Translations under genes and position numbers: made by a program
The notes under the pieces: model-generated
Told to the model about the DNA's origin: nothing
What the model saw: only the letters and a program-made list of their open reading frames with translations
Database searches by the model: none
Virus record (IMG/VR): IMGVR_UViG_3300027808_002667
Span: 16,300-80,299 of that record
Source: a virus
Lineage: Duplodnaviria; Caudoviricetes
Length of the DNA stretch: 64,000 bases
Direction: 5' to 3' (one strand)
Shown here: one piece after another, positions 1 to 9,791 of the stretch
Layout: every line of letters starts with the position of its first letter
How positions within the stretch are numbered: the first letter of the stretch is position 1

Positions 1-594
1 GTGAAAAGCCTTCTTCTTAGAAATTGTAACTGTATATGCATCAGGGAAGATTTTAAAGTTCTCAACTGCCATATGGCAATCAAAAGAATGTTCGCTCTTG
101 CCAATTACTTTCTTGTAGGTATTTGCTGTGTCGTTTTTCTTGTCACCGATAGTTAAAGAAACGTCGTCGCCTTTGCTGGAGATTGTGATTGTAGGTGAGC
201 TTGTAATAGCAGCCGCCTTCATAATCATATTAACATCTTCAGATGAGAGTTTAAACTGATAGTGATTATCAATCTCAATACTCTTGTCTGGTGCCGCAAC
301 AATAACTGTTGGACTAGAATAGAAGTACTCAAATTTGCCGTTGTCTTTAGAAATGTTTAGGCTCTTATCGCCAAACTCAACATGTTGATTTTCCATCAAT
401 GTTAGCAACGCCAACAAAGAGTTCAAATCATATACAGCCACTTCTGTGGGGAAATCTTCTACAACTTCAGCTTTAGCAAAAATGTTTTTTGCTGTACTAA
501 TTGTGGATAAAGTCTTGCCTTTACGGATCATAATATTACTATTAATCGCCGCAAAGTTCTTCAAGATTTGGATTGTTTCATTACTTATTTGCAT
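1..594 (-). CDS. gp45: DNA polymerase sliding clamp gp45 (runs off the window's left edge)
   Basis: Manual translation from ATG at 594 gives MQISNETIQILKNFAAINSNIMIRKGKTLSTISTAKNIFAKAEVVEDFP..YDLNSLL, a typical T4-like gp45 N-terminus. The frame stays open to position 1. Missing from the ORF track. Confidence 0.9.
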   Translation of the reverse strand, partial: MQISNETIQILKNFAAINSNIMIRKGKTLSTISTAKNIFAKAEVVEDFPTEVAVYDLNSLLALLTLMENQHVEFGDKSLNISKDNGKFEYFYSSPTVIVAAPDKSIEIDNHYQFKLSSEDVNMIMKAAAITSSPTITISSKGDDVSLTIGDKKNDTANTYKKVIGKSEHSFDCHMAVENFKIFPDAYTVTISKKKAFH

Positions 595-881
595 TATTTA
601 GCTCCTTGGGTTTCAATGTCGTGTACATATAATAGCATCAATGCATAGTGTAACACCTTTAGTACGTCTTGTCTATTGCTTCCGGCTTTCTTGCCGTATC
701 TTTGTGCATACTTCATTACGTTACCAACGGTAAAACCTACACCGTGTCCGCTATCAATTATAAATTCTGTCGCTTGGAATTTGTTTAAAGAATAATGCTG
801 TCCATAAGTAGCATCAATATATTGTTTGAATTCTTTTAACAATTCATCTTCGTTGTATTTGTAGTTTATTTCTTTCGCCAC
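594..881 (-). CDS. Conserved T4-like phage protein (DUF3310/SaV-like)
   Basis: YIDATYGQHY...GFTVGNVMKYAQRYGKK..DVLKVLHYA pattern; stop overlaps the gp45 start (TAATG). Confidence 0.6.
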   Translation of the reverse strand: MAKEINYKYNEDELLKEFKQYIDATYGQHYSLNKFQATEFIIDSGHGVGFTVGNVMKYAQRYGKKAGSNRQDVLKVLHYALMLLYVHDIETQGAK

Positions 882-1597
882 GGATAATCACCTTTGTACT
901 TTTGTTCCATAAATTTATTTCCTTGCAAGAAAAAATTTGCTTGCACGGAATCCGCTCTATTACCTACTCTATAATTTAGAGAATACTCACCATTCGTATT
1001 GTAGGTAAATCCATACTGAAGTAGAACTTGCATAATAACACGATCTATTTCAGGTTGATCGTCAGGATGTCTAGCTCTCCTATACCATAACGGAGAGATT
1101 TGTATTGCTATAGGTGTCGGTAAAAAGTATGCACCAACATCAACAAACAATTCCTGTTCACTTAGACAGGTTGGCCACAATCCAAGATTCTCACAATCAT
1201 CATTACAAATATAATTGTTATCTTTGTCTATAATTCTTCGCAAAGAAAAAGCCCAATCATGTTTCTCCGCAACCTTAACCAATGTTTCAATATGATTAGA
1301 ATCAATGTGATTATCTTCGTCTAGGAAAATGAGATAATCTGAATTGCAAATATAAGACATAGAACCATATATCCTATGTCCGTTGTATTGATTTGCCCCA
1401 GTATTCTCTGGAAGGCATAAAACAGTTTTTCCATCATAACCACCTATAACTTGTTGCGCATTCTTAATGTAACCAGGACCATCAATAACTACAAGATGTT
1501 CTACATTATCATATGTTTGCTCAGACACAGAACGAAGATTATCTTTTAAATAACTTGACCCTGTTGTCGGCGTAATCACCGTCACCTTTTTACTCAT
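866..1597 (-). CDS. Glycosyltransferase family 2 (GT-A)
   Basis: VTVITPT, HLVVIDG and IFLDEDN (DxD) motifs. Confidence 0.85.
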   Translation of the reverse strand: MSKKVTVITPTTGSSYLKDNLRSVSEQTYDNVEHLVVIDGPGYIKNAQQVIGGYDGKTVLCLPENTGANQYNGHRIYGSMSYICNSDYLIFLDEDNHIDSNHIETLVKVAEKHDWAFSLRRIIDKDNNYICNDDCENLGLWPTCLSEQELFVDVGAYFLPTPIAIQISPLWYRRARHPDDQPEIDRVIMQVLLQYGFTYNTNGEYSLNYRVGNRADSVQANFFLQGNKFMEQKYKGDYPWRKK

Positions 1598-2279
1598 ATT
1601 CTATAACCTCTATACCATCGGGTACTTTTACTGCAATACCGCCTTTATTGGGTTTTCTTGCATTGTGATAAAAGACTTTTCCTTTAATTTTATCTTTATA
1701 AAATAATTGGAATACTAAATTGTTTAGACCACTATTAATAACATGAACTTCTTTTGCATTGCAGATTGTATCTACATAATCTAATACGTCATCTGTATCT
1801 TCTTTGATAGCAATATGGCAAGGATAATTAGAATCTATTTTGAGGTCAAAACTACCGTATGTACTTGCATTGTGTATAAAGTTATAATCTTGCCCTAGCT
1901 TGCTAGATATTTTGTCATATAACTCTACTGAACCATCTAATCTTGTTGGCAAAACAAATCTATCATATTCATCGTTTGGATTTAGACCGGATGTAGTATA
2001 AAATGATTCTTCAAAATTATCATAGTCACAATTTTCAAAACCGACTCTCATTAAAGGATGAGATGTTTGTTGAGCATGCTTTAAACAATCTTCCATTTCA
2101 TTTTCAACAGGAATAATTGTTATATTAGGAAAGTCCTCATATAAATGTTCTACTGTCTTAGTATAATGTTTTTTGCAAATTAAGTCAATATCGTAGTGAT
2201 CCGTTAATGCATGAACTAGACCATTACATATAAAATGGTCACCCAGACCAGTGTGATGATGTACTATTATTTTTGTCAT
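1590..2279 (-). CDS. Putative glycosyltransferase-like protein (GT-B/GT9-like N-terminus)
   Basis: N-terminal HHHTGLGDHF motif; position in the glycan island. Confidence 0.5.
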   Translation of the reverse strand: MTKIIVHHHTGLGDHFICNGLVHALTDHYDIDLICKKHYTKTVEHLYEDFPNITIIPVENEMEDCLKHAQQTSHPLMRVGFENCDYDNFEESFYTTSGLNPNDEYDRFVLPTRLDGSVELYDKISSKLGQDYNFIHNASTYGSFDLKIDSNYPCHIAIKEDTDDVLDYVDTICNAKEVHVINSGLNNLVFQLFYKDKIKGKVFYHNARKPNKGGIAVKVPDGIEVIEYE

Positions 2280-2911
2280 ACTAATGCAGGATCATATATT
2301 GAGTTTTCGTGTTCGTCATATGTTTGACCTATAAAGTCTCGGCCAACTTCTTTATAACTTTCACGCATCCAGACGCGTTCTTTAATACCATGTACCATTG
2401 CGTCGTTACTTAAAGAAGGCCAAACCATATCTCGTAAATAGAACTGATCAACTAGATATTGATGTGTAGACCAATATCGTTTAATGCCTTCTACTAGATT
2501 GTCCGACAACCCATCTTTAATTCCCCACATACCTGCAAGTATCGGAAACTCGTAATGGTTAATATGATCTCGTATTACAGACAATTTACTATTTGAATCT
2601 AACCATTCATCAACAATTTGTCTTTCTCTTAGAGACAATCTAGAATCAGTATCTCTCGACAAAACAATGGTATCTTTTTGCATTGAGAAAAATCTCCAGA
2701 ATGCACCAAATGAACCATTGTCTATCTTAATTGTTTCTACATTAGAAAATTCATCTAATGCTGCAATGTAAATTTTTGGCACAGTCTGGTCATAATAAAA
2801 GTGACAAACCCATTCTGGAAAAAACTTTCTTGCCAATTGGGCATTTCTAATTGCACCAACACAATACTTAGGGTTGTCTCCCCACAAACTAAATGCTATA
2901 ATTTTTTTCAT
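2276..2911 (-). CDS. Putative GT-A glycosyltransferase-like protein
   Basis: KKIIAFSLWGDNPKY, WRFF and SRDTDSR (DxD) motifs. Start moved to the ATG at 2911, just after the upstream stop. Confidence 0.6.
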   Translation of the reverse strand: MKKIIAFSLWGDNPKYCVGAIRNAQLARKFFPEWVCHFYYDQTVPKIYIAALDEFSNVETIKIDNGSFGAFWRFFSMQKDTIVLSRDTDSRLSLRERQIVDEWLDSNSKLSVIRDHINHYEFPILAGMWGIKDGLSDNLVEGIKRYWSTHQYLVDQFYLRDMVWPSLSNDAMVHGIKERVWMRESYKEVGRDFIGQTYDEHENSIYDPALV

Positions 2912-2912
2912 T

Positions 2913-3623
2913 TTAGGTATAATACTTAGACAGAGCATCTTTGTTATTTTTAATAAGACCAAATGCTTCTTTTACATCTGGTGTTAAACTATTATACAAA
3001 TGCCACATTTCTTGTTCTGCTTGATCCGTATTATAGTTTGTCCCCCTTGGATGTTCTATAGTATGAGCATAGTCTCTTATAACAGGTCTCTTATTAATAA
3101 AACATAATGCAGGGAAAATGATATCCCAGCACCATCCCATTTTATATTGACTAAAATCCAAGTTGCGTTCCTTGTACCAATTGATTACATCTTTATGAAT
3201 AAACCAACAAGTACAATCTGTATTAGCAACAATTTTTAATTTATCTATAGGAAAATCTAAAGTGTTGACATCTGTGCGAGTAGAATCGTACCAAGTGTAA
3301 TCTACATTCGGAGCATAAATGCCCCAATCTGTTACATCATAATATTTTTCAGCATCGTCATATAACTTTTTCCAATCATTATATGATGCGTCTGCTTGTA
3401 TATGGAACATAACATCCGCATCAAATAGTTCAATTGCTTTTAAAAATTGAGCAGTGAAATAACTTTCTTCACCAATGTTGTGCCAATTAGGATCGTCCTC
3501 ACGGTGATTGTCGTCACTATTAATAACGACAGGCACGACCCCAATGGCACTCAGTTGCGTTTGCTTTTCTTTGGTCTTTTCATACTGACCTTGCCAATTA
3601 AAGATAAAGGTCTGTATTTTCAT
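2913..3623 (-). CDS. Putative glycosyltransferase-like protein
   Basis: FHIQADA motif, GW.WD motif near the C-terminus, island context. Confidence 0.45.
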   Translation of the reverse strand: MKIQTFIFNWQGQYEKTKEKQTQLSAIGVVPVVINSDDNHREDDPNWHNIGEESYFTAQFLKAIELFDADVMFHIQADASYNDWKKLYDDAEKYYDVTDWGIYAPNVDYTWYDSTRTDVNTLDFPIDKLKIVANTDCTCWFIHKDVINWYKERNLDFSQYKMGWCWDIIFPALCFINKRPVIRDYAHTIEHPRGTNYNTDQAEQEMWHLYNSLTPDVKEAFGLIKNNKDALSKYYT

Positions 3624-4498
3624 TAAGCTCTCATATCAATTTTATTATACACCACAGAATCAAACCAATTTAAGAAATTGTTCAATATCATATAATCGCG
3701 AGGTACACCACCAGCAAGCTTAGGTGAATTTAAGAATCTGTTATATAGATCTTCATCTTCATCTAATTTCTGAATAAAGTACATAACCTCGCTCATGTTA
3801 CCAAAGTCGTGTACATTGATAAAAGAGTTAGTATTAAAATCTGATGCAACTGTTGGACTGCCCCAGTAAATAGGAATAGTCTGTGCATAGAATGCGTGTA
3901 AAATTTTCTCTGTGACGTAACCAGGATTTGACCCCGATTCAAAACAGATATTAAATTTCCTTGTGGATAAGAAATCAATCTTAGCAACTTCTCCATCTAA
4001 TTTTGCTTTAATATTGTTATACAATGCCCCGCCGCTATCTACAGGCTTAACAGCATTTAGTTGTTTAAAGAACTCATTACGTTCTTCACATCCGGGGTTT
4101 GATACAACAAAAGAACAAAATCCTGTTTTCTCTTTAGGCGTATGCTCGCCTAGAATATGATAATACTTATAATCAGTATTGTGAATCATATCCAATGACC
4201 ACATATAGATAACAAACAATGGCAAACGATAATGCCAATTATTGTAGTTGTGATCAAATGATATTGCGTAGTGGCAATCGTAATTATCTGGTCTACGATT
4301 TTCACCTGTATAGAAAATCTTAACGCAATCCTTTTTAGACCATTTTTTATTTTCTGTACCGAAATTTTCGTCACCGAAGATCAAATAGTCAGGATTTTCA
4401 TTGTCAATTTCAATGTCATACCGATTAGACAATAAACTATAGAAGAACTGACTTAAATGATCGTGGGTGTCAGCAAACCCCAATTTTAATTTTTTCAT
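3623..4498 (-). CDS. Alpha-1,3/4-fucosyltransferase-like, GT10
   Basis: FCSFVVSNP, VDSGG and KFNICFESGSNPGYVTEKILHAF (GT10 alpha-1,3 motif). Confidence 0.85.
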   Translation of the reverse strand: MKKLKLGFADTHDHLSQFFYSLLSNRYDIEIDNENPDYLIFGDENFGTENKKWSKKDCVKIFYTGENRRPDNYDCHYAISFDHNYNNWHYRLPLFVIYMWSLDMIHNTDYKYYHILGEHTPKEKTGFCSFVVSNPGCEERNEFFKQLNAVKPVDSGGALYNNIKAKLDGEVAKIDFLSTRKFNICFESGSNPGYVTEKILHAFYAQTIPIYWGSPTVASDFNTNSFINVHDFGNMSEVMYFIQKLDEDEDLYNRFLNSPKLAGGVPRDYMILNNFLNWFDSVVYNKIDMRA

Positions 4499-5454
4499 AG
4501 GCTATCAGTTAATTCTTTCAAAGAGTTATGAATGTTAGCAATATCATCTGAAGACAAAGTACTAATATCACTAATAGGTGTAATAGTATATTTACACTTA
4601 ATGTCTAACCCATTTGACATTGTTTCTGTAGGTGGCTTACCAATGCCCCAGCTTACATTGTAAGACAAGAACTTTTTATTAGGATCCATATAATTTTTAT
4701 ATGTTTCGCAGAAAACAAATGGTCCTGAATTCTTACCTACAATCGCATCGCAATGTTCGCTTAGATAAGAAATTTCCTGTAAGTCGCAGTTGTTAACTTC
4801 TCGATCTTCCCATGGCGCTCGTTTATCTTCAACTTCATTATCTACAATAATATCATCAGTAAATAGAACATTGTTTAATGTAGTATCAAATTTTGTAGTG
4901 CAAATAAAGTCAATATTAGGAGATTCTTCTGCAGCAAGATTGATGAAGTCTTGCATATTGTCTGAGAATGATTGTCCAGATTTAGGTGGACCATTACAGA
5001 TTAGAATCTTTTTATTGGTATGGGTCTTTAAAAATTCATCGATACTAGATACATCAAATTTTGTAAAATCAATCTCAGGTAAATATGATTCTTTATCTGT
5101 TCTTAATGCTATTTCTGTATTAAAATGCCCATTGATTGTATCTAAGATTTTATCCCATTGATGCCATAATGAGTTCATGTTAATACCACCATGCTCACAG
5201 AAAATATCCCAGAAACACCCAATCCAAGTATTAATATACAACACACCATCGTCTTGATAAAAAGGAGTTTTTGCATCTAAATTTTCAGGTGCACCAATTA
5301 CAGGAATATTTAAATCCCTAGTTAATTTAGGATGATTAAAATGCATATACTCAAAAGTAAAACCAGGCATTTCATTCTGTAGTTGACGAATAAACTCTTT
5401 ATGTGTTAACAAATCACCTCGGTGATAGTGATTAAAGAAAATAATTTTAGACAT
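4495..5454 (-). CDS. Hypothetical protein, possibly glycosyltransferase-like
   Basis: N-terminal FFNHYHRGDL resembles the 1590..2279 protein; GKNSGP motif; island context. Confidence 0.4.
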   Translation of the reverse strand: MSKIIFFNHYHRGDLLTHKEFIRQLQNEMPGFTFEYMHFNHPKLTRDLNIPVIGAPENLDAKTPFYQDDGVLYINTWIGCFWDIFCEHGGINMNSLWHQWDKILDTINGHFNTEIALRTDKESYLPEIDFTKFDVSSIDEFLKTHTNKKILICNGPPKSGQSFSDNMQDFINLAAEESPNIDFICTTKFDTTLNNVLFTDDIIVDNEVEDKRAPWEDREVNNCDLQEISYLSEHCDAIVGKNSGPFVFCETYKNYMDPNKKFLSYNVSWGIGKPPTETMSNGLDIKCKYTITPISDISTLSSDDIANIHNSLKELTDSL

Positions 5455-5798
5455 TACTTAACACCTTTATATAATTTTACAGAATCTTCTACTAAAGATC
5501 TGTTTGTTCTGATTGCATTGTCAACCATTAAATTAACTGCTTGCACATAACGAGGTCTTTTAACTTTAAAGCAAATGTCGCATTTGCGTTTTAAGTCTGC
5601 AATTTCTTCATCTGATTTTGCAGCTTGAATCGCATCTTCCAACATCCACATACGAATATGAATGATTGCGAGTTTTTCAATAACTTCGCCTAGGTTATCT
5701 GTTTCAATATATTCAGAATCAGGAAGATCTCCCTTTGCCAATACATCATGAACAGTTTGTTTAATTATTGCTTCTATGCTATTACCGAAATCTATCAT
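5454..5798 (-). CDS. DUF4254-like helical protein
   Basis: ETDNLGEVIEKLAIIHIRMWMLED pattern; start moved to the ATG at 5798. Confidence 0.45.
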   Translation of the reverse strand: MIDFGNSIEAIIKQTVHDVLAKGDLPDSEYIETDNLGEVIEKLAIIHIRMWMLEDAIQAAKSDEEIADLKRKCDICFKVKRPRYVQAVNLMVDNAIRTNRSLVEDSVKLYKGVK

Positions 5799-6951
5799 CA
5801 ATTTTCTCCACAACTTGTTTTAAGAACGCCATATCTTTTTCAGTTACAAAATGATTGTTACCAATATATACACCTTGAGCATTAATCAAATCCGCATTTG
5901 TTTTGTCTTTAGATGTTTCAATTTTATAACCATTTAAAAATGGCTGTGCCAATAGATTGCCAGCAACAACTGGTCTATATTCAATACCATTTTCAGCAAA
6001 TGTTTCTTTCATAGCCATCATAATCTCTTTAGACTTGCAGATGAAAGGCAAACAAAAACTACTATTCGTTGCTGAATTTTTAATATTATAAAATAAATGT
6101 TCGTATTTGTCTATAATATCAGTAAATAATTTATGATTTCTGTTCCTAATTTCAATCATTTTATCTAAACGCTTTAACTGCGATGAACCTAGAACAGCAC
6201 AAATCTCATGATTTCTAAAATTGTATCCATCAGTAACAAACAAGAATTGTTTATCAATGTCTGGATAAAGCGCAGCATAATCGTCGAATCTTGTAGAATA
6301 TCTTGCCATACCGTGACTGCGTTTTAATTGCATTAAATCATATAGGTCGGTATTGTTTGTCGAAACCATGCCACCCTCAACTGTGGACATATGATGTCCG
6401 AAATAAAAGCTAAAGGTTGCACCTAAATCATTTGCTCCGCGCTTAACACCGTTGGGATCAGTGCAACCATGTGATTCACAAACGTCATCTATAATAATTG
6501 CTTTAGGAAAAATCCTAGACAACGATTCGTTGTCTGCAGAGAACCCTAATAGATGAGTAACAAAGATCATTTTAATGTCATGTTTCTTGGAAATCTTTAT
6601 TGCGTCTACAAGATCAAAACTAAAATTATCAATATTAATATCGCAGAATACAGGTTCAAGCCCTAGTTGCATAATTGGTGCAACATTAGTTACCCAAGTA
6701 CAGGCTGGCAACAATACCTTATCGCCATTCTTCAATCCATACAATTCTTTAACTGCCGCTACCAATAAGAAGTTTGCTGTGCTACCAGAAGAAACATACA
6801 ATGAATGTTTAGCACCAAGCCATTCACTCCATTCTTGCTCAAACTTTTTAACCTTTTCACCGAAGGTAAATTTTTTAGCTGTTAGCGCAAAATGCGCCAT
6901 TTTTAGTCTGTCACCAAAGGTGATTGTTTCACCCATTAAAGGCCATTTCAT
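5782..6951 (-). CDS. colD: PLP-dependent DegT/DnrJ-family enzyme, ColD-like GDP-4-keto-6-deoxymannose 3-dehydratase
   Basis: VSSGSTANFL, DDVCESHG and TFSFYFGHHMSTVEGG, with His in place of the Schiff-base Lys. No DdhC-type Cys cluster. Adjacent to gmd/fcl. Start at 6951 overlaps the fcl stop (ATGA). Confidence 0.75.
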   Translation of the reverse strand: MKWPLMGETITFGDRLKMAHFALTAKKFTFGEKVKKFEQEWSEWLGAKHSLYVSSGSTANFLLVAAVKELYGLKNGDKVLLPACTWVTNVAPIMQLGLEPVFCDINIDNFSFDLVDAIKISKKHDIKMIFVTHLLGFSADNESLSRIFPKAIIIDDVCESHGCTDPNGVKRGANDLGATFSFYFGHHMSTVEGGMVSTNNTDLYDLMQLKRSHGMARYSTRFDDYAALYPDIDKQFLFVTDGYNFRNHEICAVLGSSQLKRLDKMIEIRNRNHKLFTDIIDKYEHLFYNIKNSATNSSFCLPFICKSKEIMMAMKETFAENGIEYRPVVAGNLLAQPFLNGYKIETSKDKTNADLINAQGVYIGNNHFVTEKDMAFLKQVVEKIDDRFR

Positions 6952-7883
6952 ACTAACCCCTTTTCTTTTTTGTACCAATCAATAGTTTGTTTTAAGCCCA
7001 CATCAAAAGTAACTTTAGCTTTCCAGCCTAGTTCTTTTAGCTTAGTGTTATCCATTTTGCGTCTTGGTGTGCCGTTTGGTTTGTCTTTGTTCCAAACAAT
7101 TTTACCGGAAAAGCCCATTTCTTTTTTGAGCTTATTAACGAGATCTTTAATTGTAAGTTCTTCGTCACTACCAACATTAACAAATTCTGGTTTATCATAA
7201 TTTTGCATTAACCAGAAACAAGCATCTGCTAGATCATCTACATATAAAAATTCTCTAGTGGGTGTACCATCACCCCAGCACTCTATGCTGTTATCCCCTG
7301 TCTTCATAGCATTATGCATCTTAGTAATGATACCAGGAATTACGTGACCATGTTCTGGAATAAAGTTATCATTAGGTCCATATAAATTGGCAGGCATACA
7401 ACTAATAGCATTAAAGCCATATTGGCGTCTGTAATATTCGCACATACGTAAACCTGTAATTTTTGCTAGTGCATAACCTTCATTGGTTGGTTCAAGTGGC
7501 GCTGTTAATAAGTATTCTTCTTTAATTGGCTGAGGTGTTACCTTAGGGTAAATGCAAGCAGAACCTAAGAACAACAATTTCTGACAACCATTTCTATATG
7601 CAGAATCAATTACATTAGTTTGAATCTGCAAATTGTCATAGATGAATTCGCCAGGATTTGTCCAGTTCCAGTTAATGCCACCAACCTTAGCTGCTGCTAA
7701 GAAAACAAAGTCTGGTCGCTCTGTACTAAAGAAGTTTTTAACTGATCGTTGGTCTCTTAAATCTAATTCGCTTTTTGATCTCAGAATTAAATTTGTATAA
7801 CCTTCTTCTTTTAATTTTCTTACAATTGCTGATCCAACTAATCCTTTATGACCCGCAACAAATATTTTGCTATTCTTTTCCAT
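6948..7883 (-). CDS. fcl: GDP-L-fucose synthase / ColC-like epimerase-reductase
   Basis: IFVAGHKGLVGSA, FLAAAKVGGI, LGSACIYP, YALAK and WGDGTPTREFLYVDD. Confidence 0.93.
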   Translation of the reverse strand: MEKNSKIFVAGHKGLVGSAIVRKLKEEGYTNLILRSKSELDLRDQRSVKNFFSTERPDFVFLAAAKVGGINWNWTNPGEFIYDNLQIQTNVIDSAYRNGCQKLLFLGSACIYPKVTPQPIKEEYLLTAPLEPTNEGYALAKITGLRMCEYYRRQYGFNAISCMPANLYGPNDNFIPEHGHVIPGIITKMHNAMKTGDNSIECWGDGTPTREFLYVDDLADACFWLMQNYDKPEFVNVGSDEELTIKDLVNKLKKEMGFSGKIVWNKDKPNGTPRRKMDNTKLKELGWKAKVTFDVGLKQTIDWYKKEKGLV

Positions 7884-7890
7884 GATATCC

Positions 7891-8904
7891 TTAATTAAAA
7901 TTAATACACATATCTTCTACAAGGGCATTAAAAGAATGCTTAGGAGTCCAACCAAGTACACTCTTAGCCTTAGATGAATCACCCAATAATGTTTCTACCT
8001 CTGCAGGGCGGAAATATTTTTCATCTACACGAACAATAATTTTTCCTGTGTGTTCGTTAATACCGACTTCATTTAGGCCTTCACCTTCCCATCGAATTTT
8101 TAATGCAAAATATGGTGCACATCTTTCAACAAATTCTTTAACCGAATATTGCTCGCCTGTAGAAATAACAAAATCGTCAGGGGCGTCTTGTTGTAGCATC
8201 AACCACATTGCTTCAACATAATCTTTAGCGTGACCCCAATCTCGTTTAGCATTTAAATTACCTAAATACAAACACTCTTGACGACCTGAACCAATTGATT
8301 CTAAGCCATTTACAATTTTCTTAGTTACAAAATTATGTCCACGACGAGGAGATTCGTGATTAAATAGAATGCCAGAACAAGCAAACATATTATATGATTC
8401 TCGATAGTTCTTAACGATCCAGTATGCGTAGAGCTTAGCTACACCATACGGCGATCTAGGATAAAATGGAGTTGTTTCTTTTTGTGGTATTTCTTGTACC
8501 AGACCATATAACTCAGATGTAGATGCCTGATAAATCTTACATGTCTTTTCCATGTTAAGTAATCTAACAGCTTCAAGAATACGTAATGTACCTAAGCCAT
8601 CAACCATTGCAGTATACTCGGGGGTTTCAAAAGAAACCTTAACGTGACTCTGTGCTGCAAGATTATAAATTTCACATGGATTGTGTTTCTTCAATACGTT
8701 CATAATAGACAAAGAGTCTGTTACATCACCATAGTGAAGATGCAAATTTGGATTGCTGTAGATATGGTCAATGCGACCTGTATTGATTGACGAGCTGCGA
8801 CGGATAATACCGTGAACTTCGTAACCTTTAGACAATAAAAGTTCTGTTAGATAAGAACCGTCTTGTCCTGTGATGCCCGTGATTAGAGCTACCTTTTTTT
8901 CCAT
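7891..8904 (-). CDS. gmd: GDP-mannose 4,6-dehydratase
   Basis: [42 protein letters not shown] and [19 protein letters not shown] before the ATG at 8904. Confidence 0.96.
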   Translation of the reverse strand: MEKKVALITGITGQDGSYLTELLLSKGYEVHGIIRRSSSINTGRIDHIYSNPNLHLHYGDVTDSLSIMNVLKKHNPCEIYNLAAQSHVKVSFETPEYTAMVDGLGTLRILEAVRLLNMEKTCKIYQASTSELYGLVQEIPQKETTPFYPRSPYGVAKLYAYWIVKNYRESYNMFACSGILFNHESPRRGHNFVTKKIVNGLESIGSGRQECLYLGNLNAKRDWGHAKDYVEAMWLMLQQDAPDDFVISTGEQYSVKEFVERCAPYFALKIRWEGEGLNEVGINEHTGKIIVRVDEKYFRPAEVETLLGDSSKAKSVLGWTPKHSFNALVEDMCINFN

Positions 8905-8905
8905 A

Positions 8906-9742
8906 CTATAATCTCCTGAATAATATATCTTCGTTATACTGTAAAACCTTGGCAATGGTATTCTCTGAGTAATTCCACTCACCTACTCTTATATATTTAT
9001 CACCATTGATATCCATGCTATACACATCAAGATGCTCTTTTAACATACTTGGATTGAGTGCATTAGGTATCGATAAATTGGTGCAATATAATTCCTTAAT
9101 ATTCTTTGAACATATTGCCGCAGCTAAAGCAAATGTCCCTATTCCCGATGTTGCTATTGCCTTTGCTCTTAGTAATAATGTTAAACTTTGTTGTACATCC
9201 AACACATTAACATTGACACCATTATTTTTTAATACTTGTGTTATTGGACTTTTATCATCTTCAGTAATAAAAATTACTTTCTGATTAAATCTTTTATATA
9301 ATTCTAAATAAAAAGATAAAGGATTTTGTACATAAGATGGATGCGGTGCATGTGAATACACGTCTCCGCTTCGTATATGTGCAACACAAACATCATCTCC
9401 TATAGGCTGATCTAACTCATCATGATTAACTTTTAAATTAGGCAGAATATACTTTTCACATATTTCTTTTCTTTTAAAATTTAAATCAGTAATATCTGCA
9501 TCGAAATCTTTATCTGGGCCTTCAAAAAAATAAAACCAATTGTGAGATGATTCACTTATTTTAAATTCATTGTCCCCAAATGTCAATTCAATTGCATTAA
9601 TAAATGGATGATCTGGCGATGTAAATTTTACGTTATTCTTTTCGCAGTAATATATTCCATTAGATATTTGTTGAATGTTATTACCAAGACGCCCAAACCA
9701 CCTTGGGATAAATGTGTCGTGTACTATTTCATTAGTGTGCAT
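8906..9742 (-). CDS. Alpha-1,2-fucosyl/colitosyltransferase-like, GT11-like
   Basis: GRLGNNIQQ and VAHIRSGDV resemble the GT11 GxLGNQ and HxRRGDY motifs. Confidence 0.65.
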   Translation of the reverse strand: MHTNEIVHDTFIPRWFGRLGNNIQQISNGIYYCEKNNVKFTSPDHPFINAIELTFGDNEFKISESSHNWFYFFEGPDKDFDADITDLNFKRKEICEKYILPNLKVNHDELDQPIGDDVCVAHIRSGDVYSHAPHPSYVQNPLSFYLELYKRFNQKVIFITEDDKSPITQVLKNNGVNVNVLDVQQSLTLLLRAKAIATSGIGTFALAAAICSKNIKELYCTNLSIPNALNPSMLKEHLDVYSMDINGDKYIRVGEWNYSENTIAKVLQYNEDILFRRL

Positions 9743-9754
9743 AAAGAAAGGTGT

Positions 9755-9770
9755 AGGCGCCGAAGCGCCC
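9755..9770 (-). terminator. C(UUCG)G tetraloop hairpin (terminator or RNA-stabilising)
   Basis: Minus strand GGGCGC-TTCG-GCGCCT followed by ACACCTTTCTTT, between the AAA ATPase and the glycan island. Such hairpins are typical of T4-like phages. Confidence 0.7.
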
Positions 9771-9791
9771 TTGTGTTAGATTAATTCAATA

